A stretch of 64,000 nt of DNA from Nanobdellota archaeon (lineage in GTDB: Archaea; Nanobdellota; Nanobdellia; Woesearchaeales; UBA583), in assembly GCA_022565615.1 (NCBI GenBank), contig JAIUMM010000003.1:1012-65011 (forward strand). Direction: 5' to 3'. The notes beneath the pieces are model-generated. The model searched no databases. It had not been told where the DNA came from and saw only the letters and a list, made by a program, of their open reading frames with translations. Below are positions 1 to 10,589 of this stretch, one piece after another (within the stretch, counting starts at the first letter, position 1; each line of letters starts with the position of its first letter). The position numbers and the translations under genes were made by a program.

Positions 1-96
1 CCCACTCCCCTCTACACAACCTGCGATAAAAATCATCATAATTAATCCAATACTTAAAAATACCTTATTAATTTTAGTTTTAAAAAATTGAGTCAT
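1..96 (-). CDS. lipoprotein precursor, N-terminal 32 codons only (gene runs off the window start)
   Basis: ATG at 94-96 on the minus strand. My translation MTQFFKTKINKVFLSIGLIMMIFIAGCVEGSG shows a basic n-region, a hydrophobic core and a lipobox-like IAGC. Absent from the ORF track because there is no stop in the window. Confidence 0.45.
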   Translation of the reverse strand, partial: MTQFFKTKINKVFLSIGLIMMIFIAGCVEGSG

Positions 97-97
97 T

Positions 98-745
98 TTA
101 TTCCCTTCCTCCTGTTTCAATATTTACTCTTGTATTCCCCGTTGTATAATCAAAGTTAGGATCATCTTCTTTACTAATCCACCAAAATAATGCAATAAAT
201 AAAATTAAAATATACAATACAGGGTCTTGAAGTAATCTTAATAACCAATTATCTCCAAATGAACCTCCTCCTCCAAAGTCGAAAAATGCACTTCCCCATT
301 GCCATAATACAATTAATGCACCAATTCCACCAAGAACATAAATTACCAAAGGATTATCCTTTCCTAAGAAATTTGTTAAATCTCTTCCTAGAAGTGCTGC
401 AATAATATATAAACATAAAATTCCAATTGCAAATAGACTCACACCAGGGAATAAAGCACTCATATATGTACCTAATGTACAATATCCTAAATACGCAGAA
501 GTATTAATGTTACAAGTTTGAGAAACTGGAAATGAAACTGAGAATAATGCAAATACAAGAGCAATAATTACTCTTGTTGCTTTATTACCTTTAAACACTT
601 CTGCTCTATTCATAATTGTTAATACAATTGCATAGATTAATAAAAATGGGAAAAAAAATTCTACCCATCCTCCCATTATTAACGAATCTATAAACCCTCT
701 AAAATCTATAGAAGATATGCTATCTAAAATTGGACTACTTGACAT
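98..745 (-). CDS. polytopic membrane protein, unknown function
   Basis: 215-aa ORF with about 6 hydrophobic segments and a Gly-rich loop (FGGGGSFG). No family recognised. Confidence 0.5.
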   Translation of the reverse strand: MSSSPILDSISSIDFRGFIDSLIMGGWVEFFFPFLLIYAIVLTIMNRAEVFKGNKATRVIIALVFALFSVSFPVSQTCNINTSAYLGYCTLGTYMSALFPGVSLFAIGILCLYIIAALLGRDLTNFLGKDNPLVIYVLGGIGALIVLWQWGSAFFDFGGGGSFGDNWLLRLLQDPVLYILILFIALFWWISKEDDPNFDYTTGNTRVNIETGGRE

Positions 746-898
746 ATTAAATTATTTTTAAGTAAATTAGTATTTAAATATTTGTCACTATAATAAGTAG
801 TTGTTTTGAAATAAATGAACAAAAGTTAGAATTTTTTTTAAATTTACTTCAAAGTAACACCTATAATTAATAAATAGTAAACTTTAATTACTCAATAG

Positions 899-1327
899 AT
901 GGAACAACATAAAAAAATTCAAGCAATTGTATTTAGAAAAAATTCACAAGATTCTCTTGAAATTCTTGCACTTAGAAGAGTAAAACAAAGAGGTGGGAAT
1001 TGGCAACCAATAACTGGAAATGTTGATTCCAATGAAACCTTTGAAAATGCTTTAAAAAGAGAAATAAAAGAAGAAATTGGTGTAAATAAATTAGGTACCA
1101 TTATAGATTTAAATTTAGAGTTTGAATTCTCCAAAAACAATAAACAATACTTAGAAAAAGCATTTGCTGTTGAACTTAGTATTGAAGAGAGAATCTCTTT
1201 AGAACAAAATCCATCTCTTGAACATGATGACAGTATATGGATTTCATATGATGGAGCATTTGAAATGTTTGATTTCGTACAGCAAAAAGAGGCACTTAAC
1301 AAATTATATCAAAAATTTTATCATTAA
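899..1327 (+). CDS. NUDIX hydrolase
   Basis: Nudix box GNVDSNETFENALKREIKEEIGV (Gx5Ex7REUxEExGU pattern); 142 aa. Confidence 0.8.
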   Translation: MEQHKKIQAIVFRKNSQDSLEILALRRVKQRGGNWQPITGNVDSNETFENALKREIKEEIGVNKLGTIIDLNLEFEFSKNNKQYLEKAFAVELSIEERISLEQNPSLEHDDSIWISYDGAFEMFDFVQQKEALNKLYQKFYH

Positions 1328-1449
1328 CTAAAACATTGTTTTAAGTTATTTAAAATTCATTTTTCTTAAAATCACTTCAATTGATTCATATTTTCATACC
1401 CTTCCAATTAGAACATAATAATAAATAAATATATTTTTTTATCTCAACT

Positions 1450-3489
1450 ATGAATACTAAATTACAATCGATTCACAATTTATTTTATCCAAGTTCAATT
1501 GCAATTGTTGGAGCAAGTAATGATACTTCAAAAATAGGAGGATTTATGTTTGAACAAATAAAAGACCACCCCTCAATTACTGCATATGCAGTAAATTCAA
1601 AAGGAGAAGAAATTCAATCTAGAGAGTCATACAAATCAATTATTGAAATTGAAGACGATGTTGAAGTAGCAATTATCGTAATCCCTAAGCAATTTGTATT
1701 AAATATATTACACGAATGTGCTCTTAAAAAAATTTCAAAAGTCGTAATCATTTCAGCAGGATTTAAAGAAGTAGGGGAAGAAGGTAAAAAACTAGAACAA
1801 GAAATTACTACATTTTGTAAAAACAATAATATTACATTAATAGGACCCAATTGTCTTGGATTTTTAAACGCTGAATTAAAACTTAATGCATCATTTGCAA
1901 AAGATATTCCTCAAAGTGGAGGAGTTGCATTAGTTTCTCAAAGTGGAGCTGTAATTGATGCTATAATTGACTGGTCATTTGCACACAATATTGGATTTTC
2001 TAAAATTATTAGTGTAGGTAATATGGCGGGAGTCACTCAACATGATTTTTTAGAGTATTTAATGCAAGATGATAAAACTAAATCAATTGTATTTTATTTA
2101 GAAAGTTTAGAAGAAGGTAAAAAATTTCAAGAATTATTAAATAAAACTACTCCTCTAAAACCTGTATTTATTCTTCATCCGGGGAAATCTGTAAATGCAC
2201 AAAATGCAATTGGGTCCCATACCGGATCACTAGCTCATAACTATGAATTAATTAAAACAATTTATTCTTATTCAAATACAATACTTGTAGAAGGATTTGA
2301 TGAATTATTTTCACATTTAACTGCTCTTAAAACTAAACTTCCAACTGGAAATAAAATACTTATCATTACAAATGCAGGAGGACCAGGAGTTATTGCAACT
2401 GATTGTCTTGATGATTTTAATTTACATAAATACACTCTTACAAATGAAGAAAGAGAATTATTTAAAGAATTACCACAAGCAGCTTCTCTTGAAAATCCAG
2501 TTGACATACTTGGAGATGCAGACCCCAAACGATACTCTTATGCTCTAAATACTGCCCTTAAAACTCAAGCAGATGGATTTTTAATATTATTAACACCTCA
2601 AATGATGACTAATTCAAAAGCAATTGCACAAGAAATTATTGAACTTGATAAAGAAACTAATAAGCCAATTTATTGCTGTTTTTTGGGTAGTAAAGAAGTT
2701 AAAGATGCTCTATCTTATTTTGATTTAACAAATGTTGCATATTTTTCATCTCCAAGAGCTGCACTTGAATCTTATTCAAAATTACTCACATATAACACTT
2801 CAAAACCTCTTCTTACAAACTCAAAATCATCACCACAAAGAAATATTGAAGTTCAAAAAAAAGGATTATTAAATCAAGAAGAAACTTTAAAAATTTGTAA
2901 ACAGTTAGGTTTAAAAACTCCTAAGACGTATTTACTTAACTCAGTTCATGATATTTACACAACTAATTTTGACCCTCATTGTACATACTTTGTAAAAGCA
3001 GATAATATTTTACATAAAAAAGATGTAGGAGCAGTAAAACCACATATACAACCTGAAGAATTAGTTCCAACATTAGAAGAGATGTTCTCAACATTTTCAA
3101 AAGAAAATCCAGATGTTACTATTATTGTTCAAGAAGAAATTAAAGGAATTGAAGTTATTGCAGGTTTAAAGTGTGATGAGAGTTTAGGTAATTTTTTATT
3201 ATTTGGTTCAGGAGGAACTGCTGTTGATATTTTTAAAGATATAAGTTTTGCACCAACTCCAATAACTACTGAAATTTCTCAAAAAGTAATTAATTCTACA
3301 CTTATTTCTAAATTACTCCATGGATATAGAGGAGATGAGGCAGTAAATATTGAAGATTTACAGCAAGCACTTGAAAAAATATCTTACCTTCCTTCAATGT
3401 ATGAAAATTTAGTAGAAGTTGATTGTAACCCAATTATTGTAAATAAAGAAGGAGCATATTTAGTAGATGTGAAATTATTATTCAAATGA
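1450..3489 (+). CDS. acd: acetate--CoA ligase (ADP-forming), fused alpha/beta subunits
   Basis: 679 aa. N-terminal CoA-binding fold (IAIVGASNDTSKIGG), succinyl-CoA-synthetase-like ligase domain (GPNCLGF, SQSGA) and C-terminal ATP-grasp. This length and architecture are typical of fused archaeal ACD. Confidence 0.85.
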   Translation: MNTKLQSIHNLFYPSSIAIVGASNDTSKIGGFMFEQIKDHPSITAYAVNSKGEEIQSRESYKSIIEIEDDVEVAIIVIPKQFVLNILHECALKKISKVVIISAGFKEVGEEGKKLEQEITTFCKNNNITLIGPNCLGFLNAELKLNASFAKDIPQSGGVALVSQSGAVIDAIIDWSFAHNIGFSKIISVGNMAGVTQHDFLEYLMQDDKTKSIVFYLESLEEGKKFQELLNKTTPLKPVFILHPGKSVNAQNAIGSHTGSLAHNYELIKTIYSYSNTILVEGFDELFSHLTALKTKLPTGNKILIITNAGGPGVIATDCLDDFNLHKYTLTNEERELFKELPQAASLENPVDILGDADPKRYSYALNTALKTQADGFLILLTPQMMTNSKAIAQEIIELDKETNKPIYCCFLGSKEVKDALSYFDLTNVAYFSSPRAALESYSKLLTYNTSKPLLTNSKSSPQRNIEVQKKGLLNQEETLKICKQLGLKTPKTYLLNSVHDIYTTNFDPHCTYFVKADNILHKKDVGAVKPHIQPEELVPTLEEMFSTFSKENPDVTIIVQEEIKGIEVIAGLKCDESLGNFLLFGSGGTAVDIFKDISFAPTPITTEISQKVINSTLISKLLHGYRGDEAVNIEDLQQALEKISYLPSMYENLVEVDCNPIIVNKEGAYLVDVKLLFK

Positions 3490-3939
3490 GAATATTTTTA
3501 CCCTTTCTTCCCCATATACTTCATCATTCCAGAATTTAATTTTTTTAGGCTTAATTAAATACATTTTATAATTATTATCATTTGATTTAAAGTAACTTGA
3601 ACTAAGATTATTATTATCAAACTTAATTTTATATAAATTAACAGCTTCATCTAATTCCCTATCCTCAGTAATTTCTATGCAAGTTCCTTCACCTTGAATT
3701 CCCTTTCTGTTATTTAAGTTATCTTTATCAAACCAAGATACTGAAAATGCAACATTAGAATTATTGAGTAAATCTTTTGAATGCTTAGAATTACTTTCTG
3801 AAATGAAGAAAAAATCACACTCATCATTTGAACAATAATATACATTGGTAATCCACAATCTACTATTATAAGTAGAGAATACCAATAACTTTTGAGAATT
3901 TAAAAATTCCAATAACTTTTTCATAAAATATAAATACAA
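3478..3939 (-). CDS. pyridoxamine 5'-phosphate oxidase-like FMN-binding protein (tentative)
   Basis: 153 aa with a split-barrel-like pattern (LLVFST..., VAFSVS..., GIQGEGTCIEI). Overlaps the acd 3' end by 12 nt (convergent). The true start may be the second Met (MKKLLEF). Confidence 0.4.
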   Translation of the reverse strand: MYLYFMKKLLEFLNSQKLLVFSTYNSRLWITNVYYCSNDECDFFFISESNSKHSKDLLNNSNVAFSVSWFDKDNLNNRKGIQGEGTCIEITEDRELDEAVNLYKIKFDNNNLSSSYFKSNDNNYKMYLIKPKKIKFWNDEVYGEERVKIFSFE

Positions 3940-3975
3940 TTAGATTATTTAAACATTTAGAATTTTTAAATTATA

Positions 3976-4494
3976 TTAAAAAGGTCTCCTTGAATCTTCA
4001 ATTTCAAATATCTCTGCTAAATTCATTTTAGAATCATAAATTGCATATGAAGCCAATTCTTTATTTGCATATATTGAACCAGGATTGAGAAGCAATACTC
4101 CATTATTTTTTTGAATAAATTTTAAATGATCGTGTCCATACATAACTGCATCAAATTGCTGAGATTTTTCTGCAAGGTTTGCAAGTTCAGGAAAATGTGT
4201 TAAAAATAATTTCTTCCCATCAATTTCAATTGCTAAAAAAGATTGAGAACTTACAACAGAGTTTTTATGAGAAGAGTTGATGATTTGTGTGATTACTACT
4301 TTATCTCCATCATTATTTCCCCATACAAATATAATAGGAAGTTGAAGAGTTTCACAAATTTCTTTAATAATAAAAGGAGAATTGCTATCACCAAGAATAA
4401 TTAACTTCTCTATATTCTTTTCTTTAAGTTCAATTAATACGTTTCGCAAATTATACCTATTATCATGAATATCTGAAATTACACCTATTTTCAT
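3976..4494 (-). CDS. YfcE/MJ0936-type metallophosphoesterase
   Basis: Motifs MKIGVISDIHDN, ILGDSNSP, GNNDGD, GHDH in the canonical order; 172 aa. Confidence 0.8.
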   Translation of the reverse strand: MKIGVISDIHDNRYNLRNVLIELKEKNIEKLIILGDSNSPFIIKEICETLQLPIIFVWGNNDGDKVVITQIINSSHKNSVVSSQSFLAIEIDGKKLFLTHFPELANLAEKSQQFDAVMYGHDHLKFIQKNNGVLLLNPGSIYANKELASYAIYDSKMNLAEIFEIEDSRRPF

Positions 4495-4613
4495 ATTTCA
4501 ATTCAAATATTAAAACTATTTAAAATTTTGTAAATATATTTTATTTATTAAGTGAAATATTAATAATTAAATAATTGAAAGTTCAAAAACTAACTAATTT
4601 TAGAAAAAAATAT

Positions 4614-4690
4614 ACGACTCTAGTGGGATTCGAACCCACGATCCCTGGCTTAGAAGGCCAGTATCATATCCAGACTAGACCATAGAGTCG
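4614..4690 (-). tRNA. tRNA-Arg (anticodon TCT)
   Basis: The reverse complement folds as a cloverleaf: acceptor CGACTCT/AGAGTCG, anticodon loop CTTCTAA, T arm GTGGG-TTCGAAT-CCCAC. No encoded CCA. Confidence 0.9.
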
Positions 4691-4767
4691 TCTAATAAAT
4701 AAAACACACAAACCATTTAAAAAGTTTATGATTAATTTTAAATTAAAAAAAATAAATCTTTAATAAT

Positions 4768-5301
4768 TTAATTTTGTTCAACTTCAATAACACTAATTTT
4801 CATAGGTAATTTTTTACCTGCTCTTTTTAATGCATCTCTTGCATCTTGAGTTTTAGCTTTTGGAACATGTAAATCAAACATTACACTACCTGCTTCAACT
4901 CTTGCTGCCATACAAATAATTTTACCAAAGGAGTGTTTCATACCAGTTGATAAACGATCTGCTCCTGCACCTGCTGCTAATGGGTTTTCACGAATTGCAT
5001 GATGTGGAACAGTTCTAATTCTCATCATAAAACCTTTTTTTCCAAGTTCTCTTTCAAGTCCTCTTAAAGCTGCAATTCTTGCACTCTCTAAAGCGTGAGC
5101 TCTTACATTTCTAAACTCTTTACAAACAAGTTGTAAATGAGCATCAAATTGTTCAGCTCCTCCTTTAACATCTCCCATGTTATACTTGATTACTTTCTTA
5201 CCAGGTCTAGTTTTTACAAAAGCTTTACCTCTTACTTTTGAAAATCTAGTATAAGGTCTCTCAATAGTTCTATAAGCACACCACTTTCTTAATTTTGCCA
5301 T
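4768..5301 (-). CDS. rpl10e: 50S ribosomal protein L10e (uL16)
   Basis: The N-terminus YRTIERPYTRFSKV...KYNMGD and the overall 177 aa match the L10e family. Confidence 0.95.
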   Translation of the reverse strand: MAKLRKWCAYRTIERPYTRFSKVRGKAFVKTRPGKKVIKYNMGDVKGGAEQFDAHLQLVCKEFRNVRAHALESARIAALRGLERELGKKGFMMRIRTVPHHAIRENPLAAGAGADRLSTGMKHSFGKIICMAARVEAGSVMFDLHVPKAKTQDARDALKRAGKKLPMKISVIEVEQN

Positions 5302-5310
5302 TTTTCAAGA

Positions 5311-5574
5311 TTAATTTTTAACCTCCACTCTTTGACCAATTGCTTGACCAGGCATTCCTCTTTCAAATAAAACTCTCATTGCTCCTGAGTTACCATGAGT
5401 TGATCTAATTTCACCTGAAATTTGTTTTTTATCTTTACCTTCACAAGTATATACTACTTTTTTACCTACTAATGATTGAGCTTTTTCCTTAGTCATACTA
5501 GGAGCTGTAATAATCATTTGATTAGTAGTTTGAGTTTTTCTTCCCCTTTTAAAGTTTACAATAATAGCTTCCAT
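5311..5574 (-). CDS. rpl35ae: 50S ribosomal protein L35Ae (eL33)
   Basis: 87 aa. The C-terminal signature HGNSGAMRVLFERGMPGQAIGQRVEV is typical of L35Ae. Confidence 0.9.
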   Translation of the reverse strand: MEAIIVNFKRGRKTQTTNQMIITAPSMTKEKAQSLVGKKVVYTCEGKDKKQISGEIRSTHGNSGAMRVLFERGMPGQAIGQRVEVKN

Positions 5575-5575
5575 T

Positions 5576-5959
5576 TTACTTCATATCCTCCTTAGTATCT
5601 TGAAGCAACTTTCTACCTTGTGCAGTTAACACTTTACCAGCTTTTCCTTCTTTATTAGCTTGAATTAAACCTGATTCTTCTAATTGTTGAAGTACTTTTC
5701 TAATAATATTTCTTGAACCTGATTTTTTAATATCTGGTTTATAACCCCTATTTTGTTTCCCACCATATTGTTTAGCTAAACTATTAGTTCCAACAGGTCC
5801 AAACTTTGCAACTTTTTTTAAAACACTCGCACTTCTAATTATCCACCAATTATCTTGTACAGGAGGTCTTTCTTTATGCACACCAGTTTTTACAAATTTT
5901 GCCCACTCCGGTGCTTGAATTGCCTTATTTTTAGTTAATTCTTGAATTAATTTATCCAT
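5576..5959 (-). CDS. rps19e: 30S ribosomal protein S19e (eS19)
   Basis: PEWAKFVKTGVHKERPP..NWW..R.ASVLKKV...GPVG...YGG..NRG...GSRNIIRKVLQQLE matches S19e. Confidence 0.9.
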   Translation of the reverse strand: MDKLIQELTKNKAIQAPEWAKFVKTGVHKERPPVQDNWWIIRSASVLKKVAKFGPVGTNSLAKQYGGKQNRGYKPDIKKSGSRNIIRKVLQQLEESGLIQANKEGKAGKVLTAQGRKLLQDTKEDMK

Positions 5960-6389
5960 TCTTCTTATCCTCCTTCTCTACTTTATCACTTTTTTTTTCA
6001 GTAGTTTTTTCCTCATCTTGTTTTGATTCTTTCTCTTCAACTTGTGCATCTACTACTTCTTTATCAGAAATAGCTGGTGCAGCAACTGATGCATTATACA
6101 ATGCTCTTTGTGAATCTACTCCAAATTCTTTTAAGTTTACAAGCACTTTTTCTTCAGATCCATCATTGAATCTTAGAGCAATTACTTCAACTTTTCCAGG
6201 AGGATGTTTAGAACCTCTACTCCAAATATGCTCATTTAACTCAGCACACACAATTACGTTCTCACATTTCATATGTTTAGTTATGAAATCTCTAAGAACA
6301 GCAACAGCCTTTTTACTTCTTCTCCATTTAGGAGCTGATACAAATCTTCTCCTAAGTGGGATAATATATTCTCGTTTTAGCTCTGCCAT
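5952..6389 (-). CDS. rpl31e: 50S ribosomal protein L31e (eL31) with Lys/Glu-rich C-terminal tail
   Basis: REYIIPLRRRFVSAPKWRRSKKAVAVLRDFITKHMK...NEHIWSRGSKHPPGKVEV. The ORF-track start is TTG at 6413; the first ATG (MAELK) is at 6389. Overlaps rps19e by 8 nt. Confidence 0.85.
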   Translation of the reverse strand: MAELKREYIIPLRRRFVSAPKWRRSKKAVAVLRDFITKHMKCENVIVCAELNEHIWSRGSKHPPGKVEVIALRFNDGSEEKVLVNLKEFGVDSQRALYNASVAAPAISDKEVVDAQVEEKESKQDEEKTTEKKSDKVEKEDKKNG

Positions 6390-6527
6390 TTTACGATTAC
6401 TTATAACTAACAAATATTCCTTTTTAAAGGTTTAGATAATAGATTTTAATAACTACACAATTTTATTAAAATACAACTAGAATTTTAACTAAATTTTATA
6501 AATCAAAATTAATTATAACAATTAGAA

Positions 6528-7163
6528 ATGGTTTTATCAGTAAGTGCAAATAGATCTGAGTTATTAAAATTAAAAGATAGAAGTAGAACTGCTCAAAAAG
6601 GGCATAGTTTACTTAAAAAAAAAAGAGATGGATTAATCATCGATTTCTTTAAACTTTTAGAACATTCAAAAGATGTAAGAGCTGAGATGAATGAACTATA
6701 TAAAAAAGCTCAAAAAGAATTAAAACTTGCAAGAATTAATTCATTTGAATTAGAACTTAAATTACTTGCAAAAGGAGCTCAAGGAAGAGCAACAGTTGAT
6801 TTTCAAAGCAAAAACATAATGGGTTTAAGTGTCCCACAAATTAAATCACTCTTTGAGAAAAGAAATTTTATTGAACAAAAAAAAACACCTTTTGCATCAT
6901 TGTATATTAGAAACACAATCTCTTCATATGATGAATTACTTGAAAAAATAGTTCAAGTTGCTGAAATTGAAACTGCATTAATTAAACTATTAAAAGAAAT
7001 TGAAAAAACTAAAAGAAGAGTAAATGGACTTGAGTTTTCAATTATACCTGAATTACAAGACACTCAAAAATATGTACAATTAGTACTAGATGAACAAGAA
7101 AGAGATGCATTAATTGCTCTTAAAAAAATTAAAGCTAAAATTGACAAGAAAAAATTAAATTAA
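6528..7163 (+). CDS. atpD: A/V-type ATP synthase subunit D
   Basis: N-terminal NRSELLKLKDRSRTAQKGHSLLKKKRDGLI and a coiled-coil 211-aa protein, typical of subunit D. No other ATPase subunit genes are adjacent. Confidence 0.85.
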   Translation: MVLSVSANRSELLKLKDRSRTAQKGHSLLKKKRDGLIIDFFKLLEHSKDVRAEMNELYKKAQKELKLARINSFELELKLLAKGAQGRATVDFQSKNIMGLSVPQIKSLFEKRNFIEQKKTPFASLYIRNTISSYDELLEKIVQVAEIETALIKLLKEIEKTKRRVNGLEFSIIPELQDTQKYVQLVLDEQERDALIALKKIKAKIDKKKLN

Positions 7164-7273
7164 AAAAAAATTTAATCTATATCAAATTACTTCTAAGTTA
7201 TTTTAAAAAAAATTTAACTTTAAAAAAAATGATTTTAGAATTTAAAAAATAATTAGAATAAATAAATTCAATT

Positions 7274-7350
7274 TTACTTCTTCATAAATCTTCGTAGTAA
7301 TGAAAAATCTCCTCATGCAGGAATAACTATTCCTGCTGACCTTTGTATAA
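7274..7350 (-). pseudogene. fossil secY 3' end (echo of the last ~25 codons)
   Basis: The reverse complement of 7274-7312 reads GDFSLLRRFMKK-stop, against the secY C-terminus EDFSLLRRFMKK-stop. Similarity is weaker up to about 7350, with an in-frame TGA (7313-7315) and indels. Confidence 0.65.
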
Positions 7351-7405
7351 GACATTCGTTACAAAGTAACTCAATCTCATTAATTATTAAAAATAAAAAA
7401 TAAAA

Positions 7406-8827
7406 CTATTTTTTCATAAATCTTCTCAATAATGAAAAATCTTCCATACTCTCCCTACTTAATTGCTGATAGAATTGATATACAATCATCACAAGTAATA
7501 AAATTCCAGTTCCCTGAGTAAGAGCTGAGAACATATCTGCAAATGCTGCAAGTAGACCTACTCCAATACCACCCATAATAGTTAATGGGCCAATATATCT
7601 CTCAAGTAGTCTCTCAATAATTCTTACATCTTTTCTAAATCCAGGAATTTGTAACCCTGAACTTACAATTTGTTTTGCTTGAGAATAAGGATCCATTCCT
7701 GCTGTTTGAACCCACAAGTATGCAAAGAGTGTCGAACCACCAATCATAAGAAGAGCATATAATAATGCATGCCAATAAGTCATAAATAATGATAAATCTG
7801 TACTTGGATCTAAAAAATTAACCGGGGTGAACCAAAGAGCCATTCCAGAAATAGGATTTCCTGCAGGATCATGTTGTCCAAAAATATTTGTAGATACAAA
7901 ATTTCTAAATGCACTTGCATCATCAGGATTATTTGGTTCAACTGCTAATGCTAACAATGACACATTTGCTAAAATTGCTGAAATAAAAATAACTGGAATT
8001 ACTCCTGCATAGAAAAAATTTAAAGGCCATTTATAACTTTGACCTCTTACTTTACCAAATGAAAGAGGAATTTGAACATTTACGGCTTGAAAAAATACAA
8101 TGATAAGTAAAAGTGCTATTGTAACAGCAATTGGTAATAATACATCATTTGATAGTTGAAGCCATTGAGTATTAATTATATATATGAAAAATAAAAATAT
8201 TTTTCCAATAGGATTTTCCCCACTACCTGGGAAAAATTCAGCACTTGCTGTAAATGGTGAAAATAATTGAACAAATACTGCTGCTCCAATACCTGCTGCA
8301 ATAAATATACTCACACCTGACCCAAACCCCCATTTTTTTACAATTTCATCTAAATAAAATATAATTAAACCTCCTAAAATCAATTGAAGTACAATCAAAA
8401 AGAAACTATTAGCAATAGTGGGATCTGCCGAGAGCCCTCCCAATTGTACAAATATGAAAGCTTGAAGTATAATAAATACAAAAGTTAAAATCTTGTGAGT
8501 ACCATGATAAATAAACTTTCCATCTTCTGTATTCATATCAAAATTTAAAATTCCAGCTCCTTTAAACAATTGAAGCATAATTGAAGCAGTAACAATTGGA
8601 CCAATTCCTAACGTCATTAACGTTCCAATACTTGCTCCAAAAAGTAATTCTAATCTTTGTAGTTGTTGAGCAACTTCTCCTTGAATTCCATATAAAGGTA
8701 TAGCTGATAAAAATAAGAATAAAAATAGTATACCTAATGTCCATGTTAATCTTGTCTTCAAATCCCTCTTTTTTTCAGGTGATTTCACCTCAGGAATATG
8801 CATAAGTAAATTTCTATAAAAAGACAT
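7406..8827 (-). CDS. secY: preprotein translocase subunit SecY
   Basis: 473 aa with 10 TM segments; archaeal SecY/Sec61-alpha-like N-terminus and C-terminal region (GLQIPGFR...IERLLERYI). TAG stop. Confidence 0.95.
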   Translation of the reverse strand: MSFYRNLLMHIPEVKSPEKKRDLKTRLTWTLGILFLFLFLSAIPLYGIQGEVAQQLQRLELLFGASIGTLMTLGIGPIVTASIMLQLFKGAGILNFDMNTEDGKFIYHGTHKILTFVFIILQAFIFVQLGGLSADPTIANSFFLIVLQLILGGLIIFYLDEIVKKWGFGSGVSIFIAAGIGAAVFVQLFSPFTASAEFFPGSGENPIGKIFLFFIYIINTQWLQLSNDVLLPIAVTIALLLIIVFFQAVNVQIPLSFGKVRGQSYKWPLNFFYAGVIPVIFISAILANVSLLALAVEPNNPDDASAFRNFVSTNIFGQHDPAGNPISGMALWFTPVNFLDPSTDLSLFMTYWHALLYALLMIGGSTLFAYLWVQTAGMDPYSQAKQIVSSGLQIPGFRKDVRIIERLLERYIGPLTIMGGIGVGLLAAFADMFSALTQGTGILLLVMIVYQFYQQLSRESMEDFSLLRRFMKK

Positions 8828-9010
8828 ATTAAAATAAAAATAATATCAGTATTTAAAGTTTTTGTTATTATCTAAAAAATACATCTAAAGAAGCATTTAA
8901 AAATATAACAAATAAATTAATAATGTCATTTAAAATTTAAAAAAACTTTGATAATAAGTCAAAATCAATTATCTAGAATGTTAAAAATTACTTGTGATTA
9001 TTTTAAAAAA

Positions 9011-10463
<1,453 letters not shown>

Positions 10464-10561
10464 TATTTATTGCTATAAGTTTGTACTACTGCTATTTTCG
10501 TCAATCACAAACAACACATGCGTTTGTTTGCTCACAAGTATATAGTACAAACTAGATTTGG

Positions 10562-10569
10562 TTTATAAA
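10562..10569 (-). promoter_or_regulatory. candidate TATA box of the 16S rRNA promoter
   Basis: TTTATAAA lies about 95 nt upstream of the mature 16S 5' end. The leader contains nested inverted repeats. Confidence 0.35.
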
Positions 10570-10589
10570 TGTTATCCTAGTGTGAAATC

